A stretch of 64,000 bases of DNA from Eledone cirrhosa (GCA_964016885.1 OZ024744.1:96224001-96288000), one strand, 5' to 3'. Counted from the stretch's first letter, positions 1-14,106 are shown. Program-made: numbers and translations. Notes: generated by a model not told the origin, from the sequence alone.

Positions 1-2932
1 AATAATGAAATATTACGTGTTATTGACGAAATATGGGATGAATATTTACGACGGATAAAAACCCCAACATTTTGGCAAATCAACGCCTGTTTATATGCCT
101 TAGCAACGACAGTGAAGCATTATCTTGGTGATAGCAGAGATATTAAAAAGAACAGAACACCACCAAAAATAACATCATATATAACTAAAATAGAAAAAAG
201 ATTGCTGACCTACGAAAAACCATAGGATATGTGACAATGCTCCTTACATGCAAACAAACACAAAAAACCTCACTCCTCACCAACAAAGAGTGAAAAGAAG
301 AATTTCAACCAAGATGCAGTGTGGCTAAGAGAAATCCGAAGGAACTATTGCTCCTACACTACAACAAAAACATACGAAATAAGTGAGGGTACCCTTGAGA
401 CTGTGATAGGAAAACTCCAAGATAAGAAAACACCAGGAAGAGACATGATAGTCGGCTACTGGTACAAAAAACTGATATTCTATCGGAGGTATCTTACTGA
501 CCTCTACCAACAAGTTCTTAAGGGAGATACACTTATACCAGAATGGTTGACATTAGCACAAACATTACTGGTCCCCAAGAACAAAGACACCCACTTGGCA
601 AAAATCTACCGACTCATTGGATACCAGAACCTGATATATAAGATGTATACAGCCTGCCTGAACCTATTCCTCCAAGATCACTGTGAAAATATTAACATCA
701 TCACAGATGAACAAGCAGCTGGAAAGAAAGGGGTTTGGGGATGTACTGAACAACTCCTAATCAACAAAACTGCGATGTCGGAGGTGCAACAACTTAGGAG
801 GAATATGGCTACAGTCTGACTAGACTACAGGAAAGCTTTCGATTCTGTTCCCTACTCTTGGATGATAGAGGCCCTTTAACTTGCTAAAGTCCCAGACATT
901 ACTGTCAGAGCCATAGAGAGGCTGTCTTCTTCTTGGGCTACTATCCTAAGGTTAAAGACAGAGAGGGAGGACTCTATTTTCACTGATAAAATAAAATATT
1001 GCAGGGGTATATTTCAGGGGGACAGTCTCTCTGTGATATTATTCATCTTGTCATTAAACCCCTTGTCCTTTCTGCTCAATAAATGTGAGGGATATATCAT
1101 TGGCTTACAGGAGGACAGAAATACGAACCCAACCCATAATTTCTTTGTGGACGATCTGAAACTCTATGCCAAGAACATGGATGGGATGAAGAAAAATCTT
1201 GACCTGGTTACAACGTTCTCAAAGGATATAGGAGTGGAGTTTGGCCAAGATAAATGCTCATACATGACTGTAAAGCAGGGAAAACAACAACCCAATCTAG
1301 CAACATTGTCATCAATAGCCTAACTGTTTCACCGATATCTGATGAGGACTGCTACAGATACCTGGGGATAGATGAGAACATATCCTATAATGGTATCTTT
1401 AATAAGGAACGCGTAACCAGGGAATACTACACCCGATTAAGAAAGATTTGGTCATCGGAACTCTCTGCGAAAAACAAAACAGTGGCTCACTATGTGTTTG
1501 CTGTGCCTGTCCTAACACCAACGTTTGGAATACTCAATTGGACGATAGACGAAATCCGAGCAGTTGATGTTGGAACTCGAAAAATACTGAACAACACCGG
1601 AAACTTCCACATCAACAGTGACATAGACCGCTTTTACTTGAAACGTAAGCAGGGAGGCAGAGGCCTAACATCAGTCCAGACAGCATTTGAATGTCGAATC
1701 ATATCTCTCCGACAACATCTACGAACCTCGAAGCGTAGGAGCCCGTCTCTCGAGCAAGTCTATCTGCATGAAACAGATAAGATCATGAGAGTTGGGAAGG
1801 AACTCCTCGAGAGATATTCCCTGTGTGATAATCAAAAACTCACACCAAGGGATGTCGCTCAGCAGTATCGCAGTGAATCCATGGATGAAAAACTGCATGC
1901 TTATCACTAAATAATGATGCATGGATATGTTGCCAGGAAGCTCCAGAATGCGAGTAATATAGATAAGGAAAGCAGTCTATCTTGGACCAACAACCGTTAT
2001 ATTGGCTCCCACTTTGAAGGATACGTTTTTGCAATCCAAGAGCAGGAGATTAACACGAAATACCTGATTCACAAAAGCGATAGGGATGCAGGCAAAACAC
2101 CTAGATGTGATAACAAGTGCAGACTCTGCAGAACTAACATCGAGGATATCACCCATGTCATCAGCAGCTGTCCAAAGATGTCATCGCGGTACTATCTACC
2201 TATGAGGCATGATGTAGTGGCCAAAACACTGTACAAAGCAGTTCGTAAAAAAGATAGCCCTGATAATAAACACTTTAAAAGCTACAGCAATGTGGAAGAC
2301 ATCCATGTACATAATATGAAAGAGTACTGGTGGAATGTTCCAGTAAAAACCCCAATAAAATGCAGGCATAACAGACCAGATATTATGATATGGGACAGGG
2401 AGAAGAAAGCATGCATAGTAGTGGAAATTTGCCGCCCAGCAGATGCCAATATAATATCAAAGATTAGCGAAAAAGAGAATATTTATGCAGAACTGATGAG
2501 AAATCTGCAGATACTCCACTCTGATTACACCTTCAGATTTATGCCTGTGATTATTGGGGCACTGGGATATGATAGTAACAATACAAATCTTGAGAAGCTA
2601 GGCTTCACAGGAACAGAAATAACACAACTAGTTAGGAAATTACAAGTACAATCCATTAAAGGAACAGTAAAAATATGCGAAACATTCCAAAAATTTAACA
2701 TCTAATAACAGCATATATACATGTACCGATACAAAGCATATACACATGCACACACAACTCAAAACATCCACATCCACACATACAATAACATCCATATCTA
2801 CACATGCATGCATGCATACATAATCTACCTAGTTGATGTTGTGTAAATTCCAATGAGAGTCTTGTGTCTATGTTAGAAACCGACCGTCTCTCAATTGGGA
2901 AAACTTTTGTGAAATTATAAAACCAGAAGAAC
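1..2932 (+). mobile_element. Degenerate R4/Dong-like non-LTR retrotransposon (RT + CCHC + RLE), 5' part outside window
   Basis: Broken ORFs 319-819, 1033-1323, 1254-1910 and 1914-2705 give KTPGRD, GIFQGDSLS, FFVDDLKLY, GGRGL, CRLC..HVISSC, RHD and NRPDIMIWD..E motifs. The 3' UTR ends at a CATA/TA tract. Confidence 0.9.
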
Positions 2933-3400
2933 ATACATATATACATGCATGTATGTATGTTTGTATTGTGTATATATATATATGTGTATATATATATATA
3001 TATGTATGTATATATATAAATATATATATATATATATTGGCTTTTTGCTACAATGTTTTCTATACCTTTCATTTATATACATATATATAGTAGAGACTGA
3101 GAATTTTGGTAAAATTTGTCTGCATATTTTCTTCTAACTTCAATTGTGTACCTAATTCCGTGTAGTTAACTATTTGTCTAGTCAATTTCTACAGGCTAGG
3201 AGAAATACTAGGTAAATGTCTATTGTTATCTATTGTTTCTTCATAAGTACATTTTCAACTTATAGCCTCGTTTAAATGATTTTTTGTGTGGTTAATTTAT
3301 ACTGATTGGGAGAGGAAATACTGTATATATTTTATCTAATGATTCTTTGGACTTTATATATATATATATATATAGGTATTTATATATATATATATATATA

Positions 3401-4759
3401 TTCCTTAAAGACTATTATAATCTTCATATTACTTTTGAAAAAACAAGTAAAGTAGTAAATTTCCTAGATATAACTTTAGATTTAGCTACGGGTATCTACC
3501 AACCTTACCATAAACCAAACCAAAACTTACATTACATACACTCACAATCTAATCACCCTAAATCTATCCTTAAAAACCTTGCATATAATATATCACTTAG
3601 AATTTCTAACCTTTCTTCTAACCAAGATGTATTTGATAAAAATGCAACCTTCTATAACGAAGCTCTAGATAGAAGTGGCCACAAAAATAGATTAGAATAT
3701 ATACCTTCTACTAAAAATACTAAAAGCATACAACCTAATATTACCAACAAACACCAAATGAAAAGTACACACCTAAATGCCACCCACACTATACCCCAAA
3801 ATACCAAATCTTCTAATATAAAATATAGTAACTCTCAAAAAACTACTCATCATACAACTCTAATAAATATTAATAATAAAACTCCTAATAAAAAAGATAA
3901 AACACCTAAATCTACAAATATAACTAAAAATGGTTGTGGTGAGATCATTAACATTAATCCTCCTAGTAAACATCACGATACAACCTATAAAAATAATAAA
4001 AATAATAAACAACATAGAAACCGTAATAGACGGGTTACTTGGTATAATGCTCCATTTAATTTACAAATTAAGGATAATATTGCTAAAAATTTTTTTTATA
4101 TCCTAGAGAAAAACTTCCCGCCAAACCACAAATACCATCAAATCTTAAATAGGTCTACAGTTAAATTCTCATACTCAACAACAAATAACATAAAACAAAA
4201 TATAAGTGCCTATAATGCATATAAATGTAAGAAAACCATAAGTATACCACCAATACATCAAATTAACCATAATATCTCCTCAAATACAGAATTAACGAAA
4301 GGTTGTAACTGTAGAAACAAAGCAAACTGCCCATTAAAAGGGAATTGTCTTGTTAACAACATAGTCTATAAATGTAATGTTAAAACTAAAGATTCTATTT
4401 GCTCATATATAGGAGCTACTTCTAACAATTTTAAGACAAGGTTTAATACCCACAAGCATAGTTTTAAAAATGCCGCACTGGCTAATACAACATCTCTAGC
4501 AGAAAAAATCAATAGTTATAAAAATAAGAATATAGAATATGATTTGACCTGGAGTGTGCTCAAAAGAGCCACCCCTTATCAAAATAATAGAAATGAATGT
4601 AGATTATGTTCCCAAGAACTATTTGAAATAATGAAATCTAAGGATATCCTATTAAATAAACGACAGGAATTAATTATATCGTGTAATCATAAACTAAAAA
4701 AAAAACATTTAAATATTATAAACCTAATTAATAACATTATTTTAGAAATTAATATATAA
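3401..4759 (+). pseudogene. 5'-truncated Penelope-like (Naiad-type) RT thumb + GIY-YIG endonuclease ORF
   Basis: VNFLDITLDL, YIHSQSNHP, WYNAPFN, CNCRNKANCPLKGNC, IVYKC...YIGAT..FKTRFNTH and CRLC..E motifs. Starts abruptly after (TA)n. Confidence 0.9.
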
Positions 4760-5229
4760 TTTAATTTAAATGTTAGTTAACCTATAAATTTAATTTAATT
4801 AAAATTCTACTACAGATGAGAATATAAAATATTGTGTAATCATAAATTGTGAAAAACCTTTAAATATTACTAATATATACTTAGTAATTTAATTTATAGA
4901 TTAATTTTAATTTATTTAACCCTTTATTAAAATTCCTTTACAGATAAAATATAACAAAATATCGTGTATCCAATGACAGAGAAATAATTTTTAGTATTAT
5001 AGACCTAATTAATATACATTTTAGAAATATATTTATAATTTGGTTTTAAATTTAGTCAACCTAAAAATTTAATTTAATTGGCTTAAAATTAGTATCCTAA
5101 TACAGACGGATTGCAGAGTGTCATGTAATCATAGAATGGGATGTGTTTTGGATGTATACCTAGTTAATATATTCTTTGCAATTTTTGAAAAAATATGTAT
5201 ATGTATGTATGTATATGTATGTGTATGTA

Positions 5230-5310
<81 letters not shown>

Positions 5311-5700
5311 TAATTTTGATTTCTATTTGCATATAATTATATTCTGCTATTGATAAAATACAATATCTGTTTTGTTTATTATATACCTAATTAACATATA
5401 CTATAGAAATTAATATATAATTTTTAATTTAGTTAACCTATAATTTATATTCTACTACCGATGTAATACTTTATTTGTTTTTTCCCTATTACTAAATTCA
5501 TTTCCTAATATTGATACCATAACGTTAATAACTTTAATTTAGTTATACTATAATTAATACTTTACTACTATTTAACTTCAAAATTCTGCTTCAAATATTA
5601 TAAACCTAACTAATTTACACCTTAGAAATCAATATGTTAACTATCTTTAGTTTAGTTAACATATAATTAATGGTATACTTATTTTGAAATGCATAATTTT
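4678..5700 (+). repeat. Degenerate AT-rich minisatellite (~130-150 bp unit) in PLE 3' UTR
   Basis: Recurring blocks atcgtgtaatcataaa / aatattataaacctaattaata / ttagaaattaatatataa / agttaacctataa / attctactacagat near 4678, 4830, 4960, 5117, 5380 and 5595. Confidence 0.6.
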
Positions 5701-5859
5701 GCCTTATTTCTTGCATTTCCTAACACTGAAACTATGTAAAAACATATATTGAGATCCAAATACAGATTAATATTCTATGTTTCTTGAAACATATATTTAC
5801 TATAATCCCCTTCTCCACCCCCCCCCCTTTCCCCCCATACTATTATCATCTGTGTTTGT

Positions 5860-6747
5860 AAGCGTGTATGTATGAATATATATGTAGGTAGGTGTATATA
5901 TGTTTGGGTGTTTATATCTGAGTATAAAAATACATATATGCGCATGCAAATAACAATGTATGATTGTGTGTATATATATATGTATATATATATATGTGTA
6001 TATATGCATGTGTATATATATGTGTATATATATATATATATGTGTATATGTGTATATGTGTGTGGGCGTGTATGTGTGTGTATATATATATATATATGTG
6101 TGTGTATGTATGTGTATGTATATATGTGTATGTATATGTATGTCTCTCTATATATATGTCTATCTTCGTATCTATGTGGGTATATGTGTGTATGTACATG
6201 TATGCACATGTATATGTTTATGTGTATATGTGTGTATGTGTATATATGTACGTGTGCGCACATATATATGTGAGTGTGTGTGTGTGTGTGTATATATATA
6301 TATGTATATCTGTGTGTGTATATATATATTCGTATGTGTATATATATATATTATTTATTATTATAATATAACTTATGTGTATATGTATATATGTGAAGGT
6401 GTGTATATGTATATATATGTATATATATATGTAAAAATATATATGTGTATGTGTGTTTTTGTGTGTGTGTATATATATGTATATATGTGTGTATGTATGT
6501 GTTTGTATGTGTGTTTATGGTTGTATGTGTGTGTGTGTATATATGTATATGTATATACCTTTTTCTTTGTATGTCTGAGTTGTGTGAGAGTGTAGTGGTA
6601 TTTGTATGTATATACGCATATATGGATGCGTATGTATTTGTATATATGCGTATATGTAAGTGCGTATGTGTGTATGAATATATATCTATGTCTATGTATG
6701 AGTATGTATGTGTGTGTATGTATGTGTGTGTGTATGTATGTATGTGT

Positions 6748-6779
<32 letters not shown>

Positions 6780-6836
6780 GTGTGTATATGTATGTATGTA
6801 TGTGTATGTATGTACATATGTGTGTATGTATATGTG

Positions 6837-6868
<32 letters not shown>

Positions 6869-7065
6869 TATATGTTTATTTTATATATATGTGTGTGTGT
6901 GTATGTGTGTGTATATATATCTTTATATATGTGTATGTGTATGTTTGTGTAGGTGTGTGTGTGTGTGTGACTATATATGTATGTGTGTATGTGTGTATGT
7001 ATGTATATGTATGTGTGTGTACATGTATGTATGTGTATGTGTATATATATGTGTATATATGTATG

Positions 7066-7099
<34 letters not shown>

Positions 7100-7576
7100 T
7101 GTATATGTATCTCTATTTGTATGTGTATATGTGTATATGTATATACCTTTTTCTTTGTATGTCTGAGTTGTGTGAGAGTGTAGTGGTGTTTGTATGTATA
7201 TACCGATATATGGATGCGTAAGTATTTGTATATATGCGTATATATAAGTACGTATGTGTGGGTGAATTTATATCTATGTCTATGTATGAGTATGTATGTG
7301 TGTGTATGTATGTGTGTATGTGGTTATGTATGTATGTATGTCTGTATGTATATGTGTGTATATATATGTATGTATGTGTATGTCTGTATGTATATAAGTA
7401 TGTATGTGTATGTATATGTGCGTGTATGTGTATATATATGTGTGTCTATATATGTGTGTGTGTATATATGTGTATATATGTGTGTATATATATATATATA
7501 TATGTATGTGTGTATATGTGTGTATATATATATATGTATATGTTTATATATGTGTGTGTGTGTGTTGTATGTGTAG

Positions 7577-7631
<55 letters not shown>

Positions 7632-7960
7632 CTTGATATATTTCTTTTTTCTTTTTTCTTTTTCTTTTCTTTTCTTTTTATTTATAAGTTTATAGATACA
7701 TCTATAAATAAGCAGTCTGCCCAAACCGTTGAATACTGACCTCTCCCCCCCTCCCACCTAATTTCTGTATCTTGATCTAAATGTGTGTGGCAGTGTTTAT
7801 GTGAGTGAATTAATATCCATGTGCTTATGATAATATTATATCCACATATATATGTGTGTGGGGGTGTGTGTGTGTATGTATGTTCGTAATTATGTGTATG
7901 TTTATGCATATACGCGCGCGTGTGTGTGAGTGTACGGATATGTGTGAGTATGAGAATATG
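5860..7960. repeat. Compound (TA/TG) microsatellite with an internal ~590-bp duplication
   Basis: The block ccttttctttgtatgtctgagttgtgtgagagtgtagtgg occurs at ~6558 and ~7146. Confidence 0.9.
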
Positions 7961-8241
7961 TGTATACACTTATTTCATATTTATGTGTCTATACGCATTT
8001 TATCTGTGGATTATAAACTTACAGAGACATTAGCCTTGAATTTTTGTATTTGCATACATCTTTTTGGCATGCGTATGCATGTTGAGCATATATCTTTGTA
8101 TAAATATATGTACGGGGTTAGTTACATGTATATACACACACCAAACTGCATAAAACTTTTTGTATTTTCATTGGTCAATTTTGAACTCCGTTCCCAAACG
8201 GACCTGAAATTTTGAATTGTTGTTATTATCAATAAATATAT

Positions 8242-8396
8242 TTCATTATTTCTGAAGACGGCATATATGTGTGTTTGGTATGTATATTTAATCTTGATAG
8301 TTTGTATAATTTTGTATAATTTTGTACATAGATCTGTTGAATATGCATGCCAATTCTAACACATATATATCCTAGAAACGATCGTTAAATAATGAA
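8242..8396 (+). ncRNA. Type I hammerhead ribozyme with long stem II (PLE pLTR)
   Basis: Stem I ttcattattt(8242)/aaataatgaa(8387) is a perfect 10 bp. Core CTGAAGA at 8252, GAAA at 8375, palindromic stem III ACGATCGT, cleavage triplet GUU. Confidence 0.8.
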
Positions 8397-8450
8397 CTTT
8401 TTTTGTTTAATATAAGGAACTGTTTCATTGTTTTATTCATTATTTGTTTA

Positions 8451-8554
<104 letters not shown>

Positions 8555-8559
8555 CACAT

Positions 8560-8591
<32 letters not shown>

Positions 8592-8716
8592 GTATATATA
8601 CTGTATTTTGCAATACACTGTATGCTTAATTATAAGCATTTTTAAGCCCTTACGCTATTGTTTTAAATTAGTGATTGTGTCACTTACTTCTATTTTCAGC
8701 AAACAAGGGGGAGATA

Positions 8717-8761
8717 AGCCGACAGAGTTCTGTTTCGTACTTGTTGGTACATATCAAAGCT
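8717..8761 (-). ncRNA. Hammerhead ribozyme, U3:A8 variant (A9 mutated), in a short PLE-derived repeat (~8590-8890)
   Basis: Minus strand reads agct TTGATAT gtac caacaa gtac GAAA caga ac tctg TC ggct. Homologous to 60689-60733. Confidence 0.65.
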
Positions 8762-8881
8762 CAGAACCCCTCCTGTTTGCTGAAAATTTATGAATGTTGG
8801 ATTCTTATAGAATTCCAGTAATAATCAGGAACTGATTATACAGAGCGATTGCTGGTCCAGCAAAAGTTGAAAATTAAATTC

Positions 8882-8950
<69 letters not shown>

Positions 8951-8953
<3 letters not shown>

Positions 8954-9387
8954 TATTTATAACTAAAAGTTAAACAAGGTTCATTTATTAATCAATGAAT
9001 AAAGTTTTACAATAGATTAGAAGCACTCAACAAAAAAGTTTTCTGGAGTTATTAATATTAATTCAAAATATTAATAAATGTATACATTCACGTAATAAAA
9101 ATATATTTTATTATATATTTTGAGCTGTTTTATCAGTACGTCCTCATCAGATAAAATACATAAATTGATGTATGACATACCTCAACTGTGCTGATATCCA
9201 GTGCTGATGTCCTGTGCTGATGTCCAGTCTTGCCAAGACTGGAATTGAACCATCAGCATCAATTTCTGTATTTTATCTGATGAGGACGTACTGATAAAAC
9301 ACCACGGTACCTCCGAAATATATATAATAAAATATATTTTGATTACGTGAATGTCTACATTTATTAATATTTTGAATTAATATAAGT
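8951..9387. mobile_element. Small fold-back PLE remnant between (TA)n tracts
   Basis: ~9050-9170 is the inverted copy of ~9257-9383 and contains an HHR. Confidence 0.7.
9269..9334 (+). ncRNA. Minimal type I hammerhead ribozyme
   Basis: Stem I tattttat/ataaaata, core CTGATGA at 9277, stem II ggacgtac/gtacctcc, GAAA at 9315, palindromic stem III ATATATAT, H=A9326. Confidence 0.8.
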
Positions 9388-9828
9388 ATATATATATATA
9401 TATAGAGAAAATTGAGGTTGGTAATGGCACATGGAATATATAAGAGACAGAATACTTTTTTGTGAAAAAACATAATTTTATAAGGTAAGGAAATAATAAA
9501 GGGTATAAAAAATGACCGGTTTCGATGGGTCTGCAAAAGCCATCTTTTCAAATGTTGATTAATATTAAGAAAAATTAATAATACGAAGAGTTAAAATTTG
9601 AGACTTGAAAATTCAAGTATAAAATTCATTGTGGGATTTCATAGCAGTTTTCATCTAGGTAGCAACAACAGGTTGACTGCTGTGTCCCTTTCTGGTAGTG
9701 AATGAGAAGTTATTTGGGGTGTGGGTTATTTTATAAAGGTCAGATTTAGCAATAGCCAGCTGCTGGTCAGTGAGGGGGTGGAAGCAATATACACACACAT
9801 ACCTTCATCCACACATACATGCACATAC

Positions 9829-9875
<47 letters not shown>

Positions 9876-9944
9876 CACACATACATACACACACACATAC
9901 ATATACATACACACATACACACACACACACATATATATACACAT

Positions 9945-10005
<61 letters not shown>

Positions 10006-10036
10006 TATATATACATACACATACATCCAGATACAC

Positions 10037-10139
<103 letters not shown>

Positions 10140-11043
10140 CCCACACATACATACACACACACATATATATATATACATACACACATACAAACATACACAC
10201 ACACACACACACACATATATATACACACATACACACATATATATACACACACACACACACACATGCATATATATATATATACACATACGCATACATCCAG
10301 ATACCCACATACATACACACACACACACACACACGCACACACAATACATACATCCACATGCACACTCATACTCACACACACACACACACACATACATACA
10401 CCCACACACAGAGAAATGGCCTTCAAATATATATATATATATATATACATACACACACAGACACATATATTTTTTCCATAATATAAGAAGTTGGGGCAGT
10501 GAAATTAAAATAATTCTGTGTGCGCATATATACATGGATATACGTGTGTGCACGTGCAGGGTTTAACATGGATGTGTTGGTCACACAAAGGCATGGTCTG
10601 TCAATGAATAAACCTGATTCTACAGAATTGGTCTCTGGTCTTTAATAGTAGTGATTCCGTGCGTATGTGTGTTTATATTTTATGACAATTCTATTGGGGT
10701 GATAACCCGTTTAGTTTTGGTTTAAATTTGTTAAGGAATAGATTTTCTTTGTTTATTCTTTGTTGTTGTGTGAACGAATCTGAGCACTTGTAGAAGGGGA
10801 AGATTTTAAAGTTGGGTAGTGTCATTCCTGCGCAGTTCGCAATATGGCTGCTCAAGGGGATTTTTCTTGTGTTAGCGTCCCGGATTTGTTGGCGGTGGAT
10901 GGTCATTCTTTTGCGTAATGAGGTGCCCGTCTGTCCTATGTAGTTGTGTTTGCACCCACCGCAAGTTATTGCGTAAATCAAGTTCTCCGAGTTGCAGGTG
11001 AAATTGTTTTTTACTGTAAATGTTTGGCCATCTTTGAATGTAA

Positions 11044-11583
11044 ATGTTTGTCCTTCAAATGAAGTCTATTCTTGAAACACACAAGATCCTTAAAAGTAAA
11101 AGACAACCCAAATCACTTAAACGCATTCTCACTGGACCAAATATACCCAAACCAATCCTCAACCCTACAGTTACCAAATGTGGTAGAACAAACTGTGGAA
11201 CGTGCCTCTACCTCACTGAAGGACAAACATTTACATTCAAAGATGGCCAAACATTTACAGTAAAAAACAATTTCACCTGCAACTCGGAGAACTTGATTTA
11301 CGCAATAACTTGCGGTGGGTGCAAACACAACTACATAGGACAGACGGGCACCTCATTACGCAAAAAAATGACCATCCACCGCCAACAAATCCGGGACGCT
11401 AACACAAGAAAAATCCCCTTGAGCAGCCATATTGCGAACTGCGCAGGAATGACACTACCCAACTTTAAAATCTTCCCCTTCTACAAGTGCTCAGATTCGT
11501 TCACACAACAACAAAGAATAAACAAAGAAAATCTATTCCTTAACAAATTTAAACCAAAACTAAACGGGTTATCACCCCAATAG
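11044..11583 (+). pseudogene. C-terminal PLE Zn-linker + GIY-YIG endonuclease fragment (mirror copy 10691-11057 on -)
   Basis: CGRTNCGTC, FTCNSENLIYAITCGGCKHNYIGQT, R..HR, R.NKE and P.LN motifs. Confidence 0.9.
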
Positions 11584-12138
11584 AATTGTCATAAAATATA
11601 AACACACATACGCACGGAATCACTACTATTAAAGACCAGAGACCAATTCTGTAGAATCAGGTTTATTCATTGACAGACCATGCCTTTGTGTGACCAACAC
11701 ATCCATGTTAAACCCTGCACGTGCACACACGTATATCCATGTATATATGCGCACACAGAATTATTTTAATTTCACTGCCCCAACTTCTTATATTATGGAA
11801 AAAATATATGTGTCTGTGTGTGTATGTATATATATATATATATATATATATTTGAAGGCCATTTCTCTGTGTGTGGGTGTATGTATGTGTGTGTGTGTGT
11901 GTGTGAGTATGAGTGTGCATGTGGATGTATGTATTGTGTGTGCGTGTGTGTGTGTGTGTGTGTATGTATGTGGGTATCTGGATGTATGCGTATGTGTATA
12001 TATATATATATGCATGTGTGTGTGTGTGTGTGTATATATATGTGTGTATGTGTGTATATATATGTGTGTGTGTGTGTGTGTGTATGTTTGTATGTGTGTA
12101 TGTATATATATATATGTGTGTGTGTATGTATGTGTGGG

Positions 12139-12241
<103 letters not shown>

Positions 12242-12272
12242 GTGTATCTGGATGTATGTGTATGTATATATA

Positions 12273-12331
<59 letters not shown>

Positions 12332-12400
12332 ATGTGTATATATATGTGTGTGTGTGTGTATGTGTGTATGTATATGTATGTGTGTGTGTATGTATGTGTG

Positions 12401-12449
<49 letters not shown>

Positions 12450-12721
12450 GTATGTGTATGTATGTGTGGATGAAGGTATGTGTGTGTATATTGCTTCCAC
12501 CCCCTCACTGACCAGCAGCTGGCTATTGCTAAATCTGACCTTTATAAAATAACCCACACCCCAAATAACTTCTCATTCACTACCAGAAAGGGACACAGCA
12601 GTCAACCTGTTGTTGCTACCTAGATGAAAACTGCTATGAAATCCCACAATGAATTTTATACTTGAATTTTCAAGTCTCAAATTTTAACTCTTCGTATTAT
12701 TAATTTTTCTTAATATTAATC

Positions 12722-12769
12722 AACATTTGAAAAGATGGCTTTTGCAGACCCATCGAAACCGGTCATTTT
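12722..12769 (+). ncRNA. Minimal hammerhead, U3:A8 variant (mirror at ~9509-9556 on -)
   Basis: aacat TTGAAAA gatgg..ccatc GAAA ccgg TC atttt. Stem I is weak. Confidence 0.6.
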
Positions 12770-12905
12770 TTATACCCTTTATTATTTCCTTACCTTATAA
12801 AATTATGTTTTTTCACAAAAAAGTATTCTGTCTCTTATATATTCCATGTGCCATTACCAACCTCAATTTTCTCTATAACCTTCGTTTTGTGTAGAAAATT
12901 ACACT

Positions 12906-12939
<34 letters not shown>

Positions 12940-12944
<5 letters not shown>

Positions 12945-13701
12945 AACCAGTAAGACCCCGACAGCTGAGCTCAAGCCGTTTCGACGGCTAATTCTGGACT
13001 AAATGAAAATTTATCCTGGTATTTAAATAGCCGATCTTCTCAAGGGGTAATTCCATATATGGTCAAAGTGATTGTCAAAAATCAGTAGTAATTCTGTGGT
13101 TGCAAATTAGTAGGGGAGATGGTGGCTAAACCTGCCAGTAGGAGAAAGAGGGGAGGGGGTGGAGTAGACCCAATCAAGCGTTGGTAGTGCCAGCTACAGC
13201 TGGGCATGAGGTCAAAGAAGATACAGGGGAGGGGGAGGGGGAGGAAGTCGGAACGGTAGGTAGAACAATGGGGGGTAGAAAATTTTCTACCCCCCATTGT
13301 TCTACCTACCGTTCCGACTTCCTCCCCCTCCCCCTCCCCTGTATCTTCTTTGACCTCATGCCCAGCTGTAGCTGGCACTACCAACGCTTGATTGGGTCTA
13401 CTCCACCCCCTCCCCTCTTTCTCCTACTGGCAGGTTTAGCCACCATCTCCCCTACTAATTTGCAACCACAGAATTACTACTGATTTTTGACAATCACTTT
13501 GACCATATATGGAATTACCCCTTGAGAAGATCGGCTATTTAAATACCAGGATAAATTTTCATTTAGTCCAGAATTAGCCGTCGAAACGGCTTGAGCTCAG
13601 CTGTCGGGGTCTTACTGGTTCCTATTACCCACTCTACTACCTCAAGTATTGAGTACTTTGGTGCGTTATGGTCCACCTGGTTCCTTACCACATTTCCTTC
13701 G

Positions 13702-13704
<3 letters not shown>
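12940..13704 (+). mobile_element. Perfect 686-bp spacerless palindrome + ~79-bp tail; non-coding PLE pLTR derivative
   Basis: Centre at 13282/13283 (gtagaaaa|ttttctac), arms 12940-13625, tail to 13704, flanked by (TA)n. Same family as 60311-60519. Confidence 0.85.
13517..13610 (+). ncRNA. Type I hammerhead, U3:A8 variant (mirror 12955-13048 on -)
   Basis: acccc TTGAGAA gatcggcta...tagccgtc GAAA cggct tgagctc agctg TC ggggt. Confidence 0.75.
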
Positions 13705-13747
<43 letters not shown>

Positions 13748-13753
<6 letters not shown>

Positions 13754-13965
13754 GAATACACACACACATATATGCTTACATACATATATACATACATACA
13801 TAATCACATATACATACATATACATGTATATGTATGTATATGTGTATATGTATGTGTGTATGAATATATGTATGTGTGCATGTATATATGTATGTGTGTA
13901 TGTATATGTGATTATGTATGCATGTATGTTCATATGTATGTAAGCATATATGTGTGTGTCTATTC

Positions 13966-13968
<3 letters not shown>
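13748..13968. repeat. Imperfect hairpin between (TA)n tracts
   Basis: catgaatacacacacacatatatgcttacatac ... gtatgtaagcatatatgtgtgtgtctattcatg. Confidence 0.6.
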
Positions 13969-14024
<56 letters not shown>

Positions 14025-14072
14025 TATACATATATATATATATAAATACTTATATATATATATATATAAATA

Positions 14073-14100
<28 letters not shown>

Positions 14101-14106
<6 letters not shown>

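Noticed and set aside
1338-1352. CTGATGAG motif
   Set aside because: It is inside RT coding sequence (SDEDC) with no stems or GAAA partner.
13082-13483. Identical 100-aa ORFs on both strands
   Set aside because: This follows from the perfect palindrome, and there is no protein motif.
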